Source: Ascoidea asiatica JCM 7603 (lineage: Eukaryota; Fungi; Ascomycota). From it: a DNA stretch of 64,000 nucleotides. Position numbers and translations under genes: made by a program. Under the pieces are notes generated by a model. It saw nothing but the letters and a program-made list of their open reading frames with translations. It was not told the origin of the DNA and made no database searches. Location: NCBI GenBank assembly GCA_001600695.1, contig BCKQ01000001.1:1270202-1334201 (forward strand), read 5' to 3'. Of this stretch, positions 23,955 through 35,240 are shown piece after piece. Each line of letters opens with the position of its first letter. The first letter of the stretch is position 1.

Positions 23955-25448
23955 CTATAAAATTCTAACAATATGTTCTTTAGTAGAATTAAACTTAGCT
24001 TGGGCTAAAGAAATTTCTCTATTATCAAGATCATGAATAACGTAAGCATATTTCATAAAATTATTTCCAAGAAAGTAATCATTATGTTCTCCAGAATTAT
24101 ATATTTTAAGCATACACGTATCATTAGTAGCAACAGAATCAATTACAAGATTATAAGACACAACAAAGGAAGAAAAAGGAATTCTTATACCAACATTTTG
24201 AAAATTAAAGCTTAAATCATACTCTTTAAGAGTCTCTAAAGTATTTTGACAATCATCAAACCTAAAAAAAGAATTACCTCCCATAAAAGTTGAATTTGTG
24301 AACTGAGATTTTAATTCTGTTACCACATTTAATGGTACAGATACCGATGTTGTACCAGTATCTAAAATTGCAGACGACCCGGAATTATTAAATGTTTGAA
24401 CAGTTTCATCCGTAGTTGAATTAACTAAAGTCAAATTATCTAATTGAATTGTGAAAAAGTCCAAAGTTGTATTCTCTGTTTTTCTTCCACTGTCAATAAT
24501 TGGCAAAGTAACAATATTATTACTTGATTTTTCAGTATCAACTGCACCAAATAGAATTGTTCCCTGATCTGAATCTGATGAATTTAAATAAATTGAATAT
24601 AAATTTCTTGAGATGAAACCTTGTTTTTTTAATGCATATCCTAAATTATCATATGTACCATTTTCATTAAGTAAATTAAATGTTTCAAGATTTTTTAGAC
24701 CAATACCAAATACAGTTTGAGATAAATTTGAATAAGTTGCAAGACCAAATTGAAAATCTGTTAAACTAATATCCGTACCTTTGATACCTAAAGTATCTGT
24801 TGACCATGTACCATAATCAACACTATTATCAGCAAATTTTTCAAATGCAATTATGGATAAATTTTTAAAAGTTGAAGAAGATTCATGATCAAAAAGTCCA
24901 GATTTCGAAGTACAATTTAAAGAATTTTTTGGAATATTTCTTTTTTGTTTTGAATTTGATAATTCATCATCTAAATTTGAATAATATTCGGAAATTGATT
25001 CATTTGAACAAAATTTATTGGTTGGAGACATTAAAAATAAATCTGATGATCCAGTATCTAGAATTACTTCTATTTCTTGAGGTGGAGTTCCAACAAATAT
25101 AGTTGAACTATATACGCTAATCAAATTTTCAATTTCTGAATCATAATAACCTTCACCAACAAGTGAATCTCTTTTTATTTTATTTGAATTTGAATCTATT
25201 ATATGACCAGAATTAGGTCATTTCAAAGCTTCTATTAATGGAGTTAATGGATCTTTTTTCATAAATTTTTTTTCAAAATCTAATTTGAATAATTTACTTT
25301 GATCTTCAATTTCTTCATATTCAAAATTATGAAATTTTTTATTTATTGGATGCCTTTGTTTTAAGAAAAAATCAGGCAAAAATAATGAATTTGAGGTTAA
25401 AAAAATTGAAAAAAAAGCTAGAAAAATATTCACTCTTATTCCTCTCAT
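23955..25448 (-). CDS. Yapsin/SAP-like secreted aspartic protease (pepsin family) with a single in-frame TGA at 25220-25218 in the pro-region
   Basis: ORFs 25448..25218 and 25124..23955 are in the same frame and the gap is open: signal peptide, LFKLDFEKK pro-segment, *PNSGH..., KIKR (Kex2-type), VGTPPQ, DTGSSD, yapsin-like Cys loop with KR, DTGTT, FLGNNF, ISLAQA. No GPI tail. Confidence 0.85.
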
Positions 25449-26156
25449 TGTAATATTTATAATTCCGTATTTATCTATTTGATTATATCTTTAGTTAATC
25501 TTTATTGGATTAATTGTAAGACTTTGATCTTGGATATAGAATATATTAGTTATTCTCTTGGCATTTTTCTATACTTTTGGATATTGAATTTCCAAAATAA
25601 AAAACAGGAAATAACAGCTTTAAATCCAAAAACTTATGGAATTAGAATCATTTTTTTGATAATATTGGTAAAACCTTCAAAATGACTTTCCTCTTGTTCT
25701 AGATAATGTATCCTACTGTATTTAATCTGCCTTCTGGATGGTAAATTGATCAAAAAAGAGAAGTTGAACTGAAAGGATCTGTATTTCAAAAATCAGCATA
25801 GCCATTGGTGAAAAATATATAATATAAATGAAGCTAATGGATTATTGTTAATTGAAAGGTTTCTATTCTTAACATTTTTTTAATAAATACGATTAATTGA
25901 GATTGAGATTAAAATAAAAGTGAATTTGTTTTCGTTCATTTTTTTTTTCAATGCTCCACCGCCTCGACTCAAAATTTTGATATGCGAGACAAGGGAAAAT
26001 CATTTGAGCTGGGGTTAACAGATATACTTCAGTACTTCCTAGGCAATGGCAACTGAGGCCAGATGATGAAAATACAAAAATATAAAGAGTAGTGTTAATA
26101 TGATATATAATATATAAGTCTAATTAAGTGTGATTTTATTTGAATTGACTTGAAAA

Positions 26157-27368
26157 CTACAATTCGTCTAAAATTTGTTGTATAATATCTAAGAAATTTT
26201 CAATTCCTTTTAAGATATTGTCATCAGGGCCTTCATTTGGTGTGAGTCTAGCATGAGCAAAATCAATTAAATGAAGAGAACTTAAAGGTCCATTGTCTGT
26301 TTTATTTTCATTTTCATTTTCATTGGAATCTAAATTTGATTCTCCATCCGAATCTGAATCACTCATATAATCATCTCTAAATAATTGATCTTCATTATCT
26401 AAATATTCCCATCTTTTTGGATCATTTTCATAAATTATCAATAAACTACTTGAGAAAAATCTAATTTCTGATTTCAATAAACAATTATAAAGTAATTGTA
26501 ATCTATGTAAAGTATTTTCAATAACTATTTTTTTTTGAAAATTTGATAAATTTTCATTATTCAAAAAAAAAAATTTAAGTAAATTTTTAATTTTATTATC
26601 TCTAATTTTTTTACCAAGAACTTTAGTAATTGTTAAATAATCATTTTTTTTAATTTTATCTAAATTTATTAGTTCTTTAGTTAAATCAATATCAAATCTT
26701 TCATTAGAATTTGATACAATTTTTTCCTTATATTTGTTATCATCATCATTATCATTATCATTTTTCAAAAGTGATAACGATAGTTTCATACCACAAATTC
26801 TAAAGGATAATGAGCCACTGGTTGTATTTTTGGAAACATTTCCTAATCTTTCGTGTTTCTCTTGGGAAATTGACAAATCTTTTGGATCAGTTAATCTTGA
26901 ACCAAGTTTTATATCAATTATTGAGGGTAATTTATATCCATTTAATAAGTTTTCTAAAATCATATAATTTTGATCATTATCATTCCCCCTTATTGAAAGA
27001 TTATTTAAATCTTCATTTAAATCATTTATTATCATAGTTCCATCATTTAAGAATTTAGATTCTTTAACTTCTTTTGAAATACCCGGAGTTAAAATACCCA
27101 TATATTTTGGCATAAAATCATACAAGTGATTTCCCTCAACAAACTCTTCGTTTTCATTTTCAGTTTCTATTTTATTGTTATGATTATTAGTATCATTATC
27201 ATCATTTTGACTTTCTAGATTATTTGAAATCAAATAATCATATTGAACAGTTGAATAAAATTTAACTTCTTTTTCATTTGCCGGTTTAGCAAACATTAAG
27301 CCTGAAAAATCAACCAAAGTTCCTTCATGACCTGCAACTTGTAATTCAAATTTTGAAAACCCATCCAT
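26157..27368 (-). CDS. ARG82: Inositol polyphosphate multikinase (ATG at 27368)
   Basis: QVAGHEG, IPK signature PSIIDIKLG, TTSGSLSFRICGMK, FFSSSLLIIYE and LIDFAH. Confidence 0.93.
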   Translation of the reverse strand: MDGFSKFELQVAGHEGTLVDFSGLMFAKPANEKEVKFYSTVQYDYLISNNLESQNDDNDTNNHNNKIETENENEEFVEGNHLYDFMPKYMGILTPGISKEVKESKFLNDGTMIINDLNEDLNNLSIRGNDNDQNYMILENLLNGYKLPSIIDIKLGSRLTDPKDLSISQEKHERLGNVSKNTTSGSLSFRICGMKLSLSLLKNDNDNDDDNKYKEKIVSNSNERFDIDLTKELINLDKIKKNDYLTITKVLGKKIRDNKIKNLLKFFFLNNENLSNFQKKIVIENTLHRLQLLYNCLLKSEIRFFSSSLLIIYENDPKRWEYLDNEDQLFRDDYMSDSDSDGESNLDSNENENENKTDNGPLSSLHLIDFAHARLTPNEGPDDNILKGIENFLDIIQQILDEL

Positions 27369-28094
27369 TGAAATCAATCACTTGAAGAACATTTATTCCA
27401 TTTCTTTTCAAAAAAAAAAAAAAAATAAAATAAAATAACTTTTTTTTAAATCAAACTGAATTTTAGAAACAAATTTGTCAATACAATTGCAGTCTGAGAT
27501 TTACACGGGATCCGTTTGGGGTGTGTAAGCCTAGTCCTCCAATGGTGTAAATTGAGTAATTTGAGTTTCTTAAAAAATAAATAAGTGTGTGAGATTCATT
27601 CCAATTGATTTTACTTTAGGCATCTCTCTCACTGTCAAAACCTTTATGATATATTCTTTGTTTCCCTTTTCAATTCACTATTTCACTTCTCTTGTTTATT
27701 TGCTTTTTCTGTTATCTTTTTGCCATTGTTTTGTTTAGGCCTTCAGCTGGGCCAAAATGAAGTGACGGTACTGAAACCCTCCAGCCTCCATACAACTTTG
27801 AGCAGTGAGTATTGCTGAGGATTAAAAGAATATAAATTAGCTTTTAGGATATATTTCAGACAGATTAAAACAATTTCAAAAATATAAGCAACCACTCAAT
27901 AATTACTTCTAGAATAGTTGAAACGAATAATCTGAAAAGTTTAATGTTTATTATTTTTAACTTCAATAAAATATAATGTTTCAACTGAATAAGAAATCTA
28001 TGCTAAAAGGACTGAATGAAAACTTTAGAGGAATTATCATTTTACAGATATAATAATTACCTATTAACCCAAAAATATATATTGTTGCTAAAGA

Positions 28095-31000
28095 ATGTAT
28101 AAAGCTAATTGCATAAATCATGATCGAGGGAAAAGTCAGGAAGATGCATCATTCAATTCGGCAAAACTTAAGTCATATATGACGCCGATTACAAATCAAC
28201 AAAAAGATGAAAAAAAAATGAAAGAAGAAGAGGAAAAAAGAAAATCAAAAAAAGAAGAAGAAAAGGAAAAATCATCAAAATCAAAAGAAAAAGGGAAAAA
28301 AAAGTTGAAAGAGAAAGAAAAAAGAAAATCAAGATCAAAATCTCCAAAATCTCCAAAATCTTTGAATTCAGATTCTGTTAGCTTTTTGAAATATTCATAT
28401 TTTGTTGCTAGAAATTCAATTGAAAAAAATGATTCTATTTTTGATTTTGCTGAATCTTTAGGATTATTAAAGATCAATATGAATATTCAAAATATGAATA
28501 ATATTCCTGATCCTTCTTTAAGTATATTTTCACCTCCAACTATAAATTCAGTCACAATGTTAACTAGATTTTTAATTCAAATTTTAGAACCGGATTTAAA
28601 TTATACAAATATTACTACTATAAACAGTAAAAACAAGAAAAATAGTAACTATCAAAATCAGGTTCTAGATTCTGATTATTTACTTTCAAGAAATGAAATT
28701 TTTGATATTTTTTTTCATTTATGTGAAATTTTATGTTTAAATATAAATATTTCAGAAAATGAGTCTGAAAATTTATTTGAGTTGGATAATAATACTAATA
28801 TTAAATCAAATAAACGAAAAAATAATTCTAAAAAGAAAAAATTTGAAATTACAAAAGATTTTATACAGAAAATAATTTCTGCAATATTTAAATTTATAAC
28901 ATTTAATAAAGATTCTGATGATATAATTTTCAAAGGAATTAGATTAAAACAAAAATATAGAAAAATATTTGGAAAATATTCAGAATCTTTAATATTTCAG
29001 GAAAATTCTCAATTTAATGAAAATAATGAAAAATCTCAAACTCCAGTTGATTTTAATTCTGATCAACCAAGCATTTTTTACAGTAGTAATAATAGTAGTA
29101 ATACGTCTAATAATGATTTCAATAATCCTAATAATCATAATAATCATAATAATCATAACAATCATAATAATCATAATAATCATAATAATAAACTTGCAAA
29201 ACTCTTTTACGATCCTCATTTTTTTTTATATTTCATATTTGAAGATCATTTTAATCCTTTTGCGAAAAAATTCTCCAAGATAATAAATGGAGAAAAATCA
29301 GAAGATTCAAATGATTCTAAACATTTAGATGATTCAGATGATTTTGATTCTTTTTTCAATTGTAATAATGATGATTTTTCAAATTTTGATAAAAAAAATA
29401 AGTTTACAAAAGTATTAAGAAATAGAATTTTATTATATTTAAACTCAGATTCAAATTCTAATTCAATCAATGAATATTTAAATGATATTCAAAAGTCTAT
29501 AAAAAGGGAAACTGTACAAGAAAACAATAAAAATATTATTGAAATTATAACTAAAGTTTCATTTGAAGATTCTCCAGTATTATTTATTAATGAAAATTTT
29601 TTATCTAATATATTTGAAAAATCTAATAGATTAAATGTTCCTATTCTAATAATTAAAAATGAAAAAAATAATGAAAATTTTAAAAAGTTTAGTAATTTAG
29701 TTAAAGAATGTGAAATTAACTTTGATAATTTAGAGTCTGAAAGTTCAAAGAATATAAAATTAGATATAAATTTAGATAAAGAATCAGATAAAAAATTGAA
29801 TAAATTTGAAAAAAAAACCAGAGTTAAATATAATCGTTTTAAAACAAAAAGGAGAAAAACAAATTCACATAGAAATCTGGAGAAAATTAAAAGACCTATT
29901 ACCAAAAGTAAAATTTTTAGTAATTCAATTTTTCATAAGGATATAATTAAAGGAAAACAAATTTCAGATAATGAATCTAATGAAGAGAATATTCCTTTTA
30001 AAGATTCATCATATTCAAATTCGGAAATAAAAGCAAATGAAAATGAAAATGAAAATGAAAATGCAAATGAAAATGCAAAAGAAAATGAAAAAGAAATTCA
30101 TAAGTCAAAAACTCCATTTTCTATAAAACATGATTCTGATTCTGATTCAATTCCATTAAGTCAATATACAAAAAGAAATTCGTTACAACCTAATAAAAAA
30201 CGAAAATTAATTGAAGAAAATATAATAGAATCAAATAAAGAAGAAAAAGAAAAAGAAAAAGAAAAAGGAAAGAAAGATGTAAAAGTAAAAGTAAAAGTAA
30301 AAAAAGAAAATATTTTCAAGTTTGAAGATGATGATGGATTTAAAATTGAAAAAACTATTCCAAAAGGTGGATTATATGGTAAAAATAATTGGGATTATGA
30401 ACCATGGCATGAAGGAAGTATTGAAAATAAATTAGAGATTGATTTAAATAATGTTATTTTAGGTAAAAGGGAAAGAAAAAAAGTTAATTATAAAGAAAAA
30501 ATAGGACCACTGGCAAAAATTAGAAAAAATAGAAGAAAATATAGATATAATTATGATTATAAGATTAAAGAGGAAGAAGAAGAAGAAGGAAAAGAAGAAT
30601 TTGAAGCTAAAGAAGTAAATAATGTTAATAGAGAAGAGAAAAGATTTGTAATTCTGGATGAAAACTCTAATATTGTTCATACATCTGATATTTATAATAA
30701 AAAAAAAGAAGATGAAGAAAAAGAAGAAAAAGAAGAAAAAGAAGAAGTAGCTTTATCAAATAAATCATTGGAAACGTATTTTGATACGGATGAAAATTAT
30801 GATTCAATGGGTGATACTGCAAGTCCAAAATTGACAAGTAACACACTTGAAACTTTGAATAGTAGAAAAACTTTAAATGAACAAATTGATATAGATGAAG
30901 AGTATATTGATAACGATGATGGTATTGAAATTAATAATTCTATATATAATGAACATCGAGATAATTATTATGAAAATATATTCTTAGATAGTGATTATGA

Positions 31001-31115
31001 AAAGAATGAATATAAAGATACGTTTTTAGAGAATTATTCAGATGGATATGATAGTGATATAGTTATTACTGGACATAAAAATATTTCAGAGAATGAAGAT
31101 ATAGATCTGAGCTAA
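28095..31115 (+). CDS. Hypothetical 1006-aa protein, charged and low-complexity, probably nuclear
   Basis: 3-kb stop-free ORF with K/E-rich tracts, NNH repeats, basic clusters, motif EIDLNNVILGKRERKKVNY and an acidic C-terminus. No family recognised. Confidence 0.75.
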   Translation: MYKANCINHDRGKSQEDASFNSAKLKSYMTPITNQQKDEKKMKEEEEKRKSKKEEEKEKSSKSKEKGKKKLKEKEKRKSRSKSPKSPKSLNSDSVSFLKYSYFVARNSIEKNDSIFDFAESLGLLKINMNIQNMNNIPDPSLSIFSPPTINSVTMLTRFLIQILEPDLNYTNITTINSKNKKNSNYQNQVLDSDYLLSRNEIFDIFFHLCEILCLNINISENESENLFELDNNTNIKSNKRKNNSKKKKFEITKDFIQKIISAIFKFITFNKDSDDIIFKGIRLKQKYRKIFGKYSESLIFQENSQFNENNEKSQTPVDFNSDQPSIFYSSNNSSNTSNNDFNNPNNHNNHNNHNNHNNHNNHNNKLAKLFYDPHFFLYFIFEDHFNPFAKKFSKIINGEKSEDSNDSKHLDDSDDFDSFFNCNNDDFSNFDKKNKFTKVLRNRILLYLNSDSNSNSINEYLNDIQKSIKRETVQENNKNIIEIITKVSFEDSPVLFINENFLSNIFEKSNRLNVPILIIKNEKNNENFKKFSNLVKECEINFDNLESESSKNIKLDINLDKESDKKLNKFEKKTRVKYNRFKTKRRKTNSHRNLEKIKRPITKSKIFSNSIFHKDIIKGKQISDNESNEENIPFKDSSYSNSEIKANENENENENANENAKENEKEIHKSKTPFSIKHDSDSDSIPLSQYTKRNSLQPNKKRKLIEENIIESNKEEKEKEKEKGKKDVKVKVKVKKENIFKFEDDDGFKIEKTIPKGGLYGKNNWDYEPWHEGSIENKLEIDLNNVILGKRERKKVNYKEKIGPLAKIRKNRRKYRYNYDYKIKEEEEEEGKEEFEAKEVNNVNREEKRFVILDENSNIVHTSDIYNKKKEDEEKEEKEEKEEVALSNKSLETYFDTDENYDSMGDTASPKLTSNTLETLNSRKTLNEQIDIDEEYIDNDDGIEINNSIYNEHRDNYYENIFLDSDYEKNEYKDTFLENYSDGYDSDIVITGHKNISENEDIDLS

Positions 31116-31197
31116 GAAAGACATTAATTGAATAAATTTCAGGAAAGAAGAATGAATGAAGTTAATTATTAATTAGTTCATTCATTTTTTTATTTTT

Positions 31198-31228
<31 letters not shown>

Positions 31229-32289
31229 TTATATTGTATATTATGAAACGTTTAATGATGAATTTTTGTTTAAATTATTTAACTATTCAATTAAATCTAA
31301 TTGAATCCAAGAAAGTGGGGTCGTGTAGTATTACGTTTAAATATGTTGGCTAAGGTACTAGGAAGTACTAGGAAGTACTGAGGGTGGCTAATGAACCTAA
31401 AAGTGAACAGAAATTAATTTTATTTTTTCCTTGTTACAAAAAAGGAAACTTTAAAATTCTGTGATTTTAAAATTTTTTGAGGTGACTTCTGTGCCGCGGG
31501 GCAGGTGAACGCCGCGGGTGTTGAAATCTATTTTTTTTCCTTTTTTTTTTTATACAAGGATTGTTTGATTTCTTAAGGGAATAATTATTGGAAAAAAAGA
31601 TACTAATAGATTCAGAGTAAGATTAATTGATTGATAAGGTAGACCATACCATTACAAATATAAATATAAATTGATTTCCTTTTTGAATGAATTCCCTGAT
31701 TTTTAAATCCTTTAAATATTATTCTTTTTCTTTTCTTTAGTTTTTTTTTTTTAAAAATGGATAAAAAAAGATTAAGAATTGCCATTAAATGGCTCAATTT
31801 TTTATTATAATAAATGAATAAAAAGAATTAATTGTTGGTTTAATAGATTAAATTTGATTTATTTGAATTATTTGGTAATTTAATTCTTTCGCCGGTTTTA
31901 TTTATCAGTAATCAATTAAATTATTTCAAAATATTCCTGATTATTATAGATAATTATAGATTAATCCAAATGATTTCAGATCTTTTCAGATTCTTTTCAG
32001 ATTCTTTTAGATTCATTCAGATTCATTCAGATTCATTCAGATTTATTCAGAGTAAGATAATCAAGAAAAAAATAAATGACTTTTAGTTCTTAGAATTTGA
32101 AGCTCGTTTATTATTTGACTTGAATACCACTTATTTATTTCTTGGTATTCTCCATACTTTCTGATACTCTTCATATTCTTGGTATCTTTCCTTTATATCC
32201 ATTCTTCTTCTTACTCAATTTCTATTTGATTCCATTTAATTTGCTTTATCCTCTTCTTGTTTTATCATCTTTTTCTTTTTGTGTTCAGA

Positions 32290-32462
32290 GAAAAGGCAGA
32301 GAAAAGTCCCATGGGGAGCACGCAGCGGACCCGTGGGCAAAGAGAAATGGCCCGCTCGGGACCAAAGCACTGGGCCCACAGCACTGGGCCGAGGGGAAGC
32401 GGTGCCAGAAGGCGTGTCTTCCGCGGCTCGTATTCTTTTGTTTGTTGTTTGTGGAGGGCTTG
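32290..32462. promoter_or_regulatory. GC-rich island ~1.4 kb upstream of the URC1-like gene
   Basis: Direct repeat AGCACTGGGCC at 32366 and 32380, several CGG/CCG triplets and CCGCGG at 32421. Confidence 0.45.
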
Positions 32463-33869
32463 TGAAAATGAGATGAAATGAAAGTAAAAGTAAATTGAAA
32501 TCAAAAGGAAAGTGGAATTGAATTGAAAATGAATGACTCCAGATGCAATGAAGATGTAATCGAAAGATGTAATCAAGAATGAATCCAAACTCAATGAAAA
32601 TGCAATCATAATACATTTTATCAATCCAAAATCAAAAGATACTTTGAGATACATTTATTATTGATTGTGATAGAATTCATTTCAATAAATATAAAGTAAA
32701 TTTCAAAGTGGTTGAATATTATTATTAATATTAACTTGAAAATCCTAAGGGAATGAGTCCAAAATATAAAGAAGTCATTTTGATAAAAGTATAACAACAT
32801 TGGTTCATGTTGTTTCTCTAGAACTGAAATGGAAACCAAAAAAGATAAGCAAATCTCCTTCCAGACTTTTAAAGGATCCAATTTCTTATCAGAGCACGTC
32901 ACTTCACTCGCCCTCACAAGACCAGACATCCTCAAAGCAGTTCGAGAGCAGTTCAAAAGCACTTTCAAAGCATGTTTTAAAACAAAAATAGACAAAACCA
33001 CAAACAGAACCAGAAACAAAACAAAGAACTCCAGCACAAAAAGACAATTGCTGAGAATAAAACCACAAACACAATCACAAAAGTGAATAGCAATTGTCAA
33101 TAACAAACTAAGTGGAATTGAAAAGAATTGGTGATAATTCAAATGGTAGTTCAAGTTGTAATTGAATTCAAACGATAATTCGAGTGGTTAGCATTATTCA
33201 ATATTAGGAAATAAAGAATAATTGCAATTGCAATCATATCAAGAAACAACTGAAAAACAAGTCATTGTTCTTGTTCTGTCTTTTCTCTTCTAAGTGCAGT
33301 AATTTCAACTCTATTCCAATTCAATTCAATTCATCTTCAATTCAATTTCAAATCGACATTAAAATTCATAAAATATTTCCAAAAACTTTACTTTTCTTAA
33401 TTTTCTTTTAGTTTTTTAATACTCCCGAAACTGGCCAATTGAATTCGATTTTTGTTGCCTCTGTTTCCATTTTATTTCTATTCACTACTTTCTACTTTAC
33501 TTATTAACCTTATTAACTATACTTTTACTCTTACACTGTTTATTCTCTCATTTAAAACAAATATTCTTTAATATCCACTTTATCCATTATATCCATTTCA
33601 ATTTAATATTCAATTTCATAATCAATTTCATTTACAATTTCATATACAATTCAATTTCAAATTCATTTTCAAATAATATAAATATCTCTATATTTTCTAT
33701 ATATTTCTCAATTTTAATTCAGGTTTTTAATTATCTTTTAATTATTTTATTTATTTATTTTACTTTATTTAATTTATTTAAATAAATTTCTTTGCGTTTA
33801 GTCAATTTCAATTTCTATTTCTATTTCTATTACAATTATACTCTTCTTTATTATATTATAAATATTATT

Positions 33870-35240
33870 ATGGCTCCAGCTGCTGTTTTACCTTTACCAA
33901 TTTTAAATCAATTTTCAAAATTTAATAGACAAATTAATTATGATTTAAAAGATGAAATTGAAAATGAAGATGATTATAATGATTTAATTAAAGATGTTAT
34001 TTTAGCTACTTATCCAAATGATCCAAATATTAATCCAATTAAAATTAATTGGGCTTCAAAAAATTTTGAAATTAGAAATCCAATAATAATTTCTTCAAAA
34101 TTTGGTAATAATTTATCTTTTCATAATTCAATTGGTTGTTATATGGGTTGTTATAATATTTATTCAGCTTTATCAATTGCAACTGAAAGATTAGATCCAT
34201 TATTTAAACCTGATTTTAAAAATGCTGAACCTGCTTTTAATTTTAAACCACAACCTTCTTGGTTTGAAGAAAATAAAATTATTTCAATAGATCCTTTAGG
34301 TCATAATTCTCCATGGATTTTTAATAATTTAATTGAAAAAAAAAATATTTCAATTAGACCAACAATTTCTGTAACAAAAGCAAATTTACAAATTACAGAA
34401 ATTACTCAAGAAATTTTAAATAATAATTTAAAAATTGATGGTAAAATTGTTTTAAATAAAAAAGGTGATATTGCTGTAACAAAATTAGCAATTGATCCAG
34501 TTTGGTATTTACCTGGTTTTGCAAAAAGATTTAATATTAGTGAATATAAATTAAGAAATATTTTATTTAATCATACAAATGGTATGTATCCAGAATTAAT
34601 TACAAGACCTGATATTAAAGTTTTTTTACCTCCAATTGGTGGTTCAACTGCATATATTTTTGGTGATCCAAATTATTTATCAAATTCAGAAAAAAATTTA
34701 ACTTTAAGAATTCATGATTCTTGTTCAAGTAGTGATGTATTTTGTTCAGATATTTGTACTTGTAGACCATATTTAATTTATAGTATTATTGAAAGTATTA
34801 AACAAGCTCAAAATGGTGGTGTTGGTTTAGTTGTTTATTTTCAAAAAGAAGGTAGAAGTTTAGGTGAAGTTACTAAATTTTTAGTTTATAATGCAAGAAA
34901 AAGATCTGGTGATAAAGCTTGTGATTATTTTAAAAGAACAGAATTAATTGCAGGTGTTAAAGATATGAGATTTCAAGAATTAATGCCAGATATTTTACAT
35001 TTTTTTGGTATTAAAAAAATTGATAATTTATTATCAATGTCAAATATGAAATATAATTCTATAGTTAAAAGTGGAATTAAAGTAATTAATAGAATACCAT
35101 TACCCGAAAATTTAATTCCGGCTGATGGCAATGTTGAAATTGATGCCAAAATTCAGTCGGGATATTTTACAACTGGTCATATTCCATCAAAAGATGAATT
35201 GGCTTCAGTTAAAGGAAAATCTTGGAATGATTTTAATTAA
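33870..35240 (+). CDS. URC1: GTP cyclohydrolase II-like uracil catabolism protein (Urc1 / S. pombe Urg1 family); ATG at 33870
   Basis: IRPTISVTKA, DPVWYLPG, GMYPELITRPDIKVFLPPIGG, SDICTCRPYL, YFQKEGRSLGEVTKFLVYNARKR, DMRFQELMPD and IDAKIQSGYF. Confidence 0.9.
   Translation: MAPAAVLPLPILNQFSKFNRQINYDLKDEIENEDDYNDLIKDVILATYPNDPNINPIKINWASKNFEIRNPIIISSKFGNNLSFHNSIGCYMGCYNIYSALSIATERLDPLFKPDFKNAEPAFNFKPQPSWFEENKIISIDPLGHNSPWIFNNLIEKKNISIRPTISVTKANLQITEITQEILNNNLKIDGKIVLNKKGDIAVTKLAIDPVWYLPGFAKRFNISEYKLRNILFNHTNGMYPELITRPDIKVFLPPIGGSTAYIFGDPNYLSNSEKNLTLRIHDSCSSSDVFCSDICTCRPYLIYSIIESIKQAQNGGVGLVVYFQKEGRSLGEVTKFLVYNARKRSGDKACDYFKRTELIAGVKDMRFQELMPDILHFFGIKKIDNLLSMSNMKYNSIVKSGIKVINRIPLPENLIPADGNVEIDAKIQSGYFTTGHIPSKDELASVKGKSWNDFN

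Noticed and set aside
25218-25220. A-to-I mRNA editing of TGA to TGG as rescue of the protease
   Set aside because: That system is described in filamentous ascomycetes and prefers U at -1 (UAG); there is no support for it in budding yeasts.
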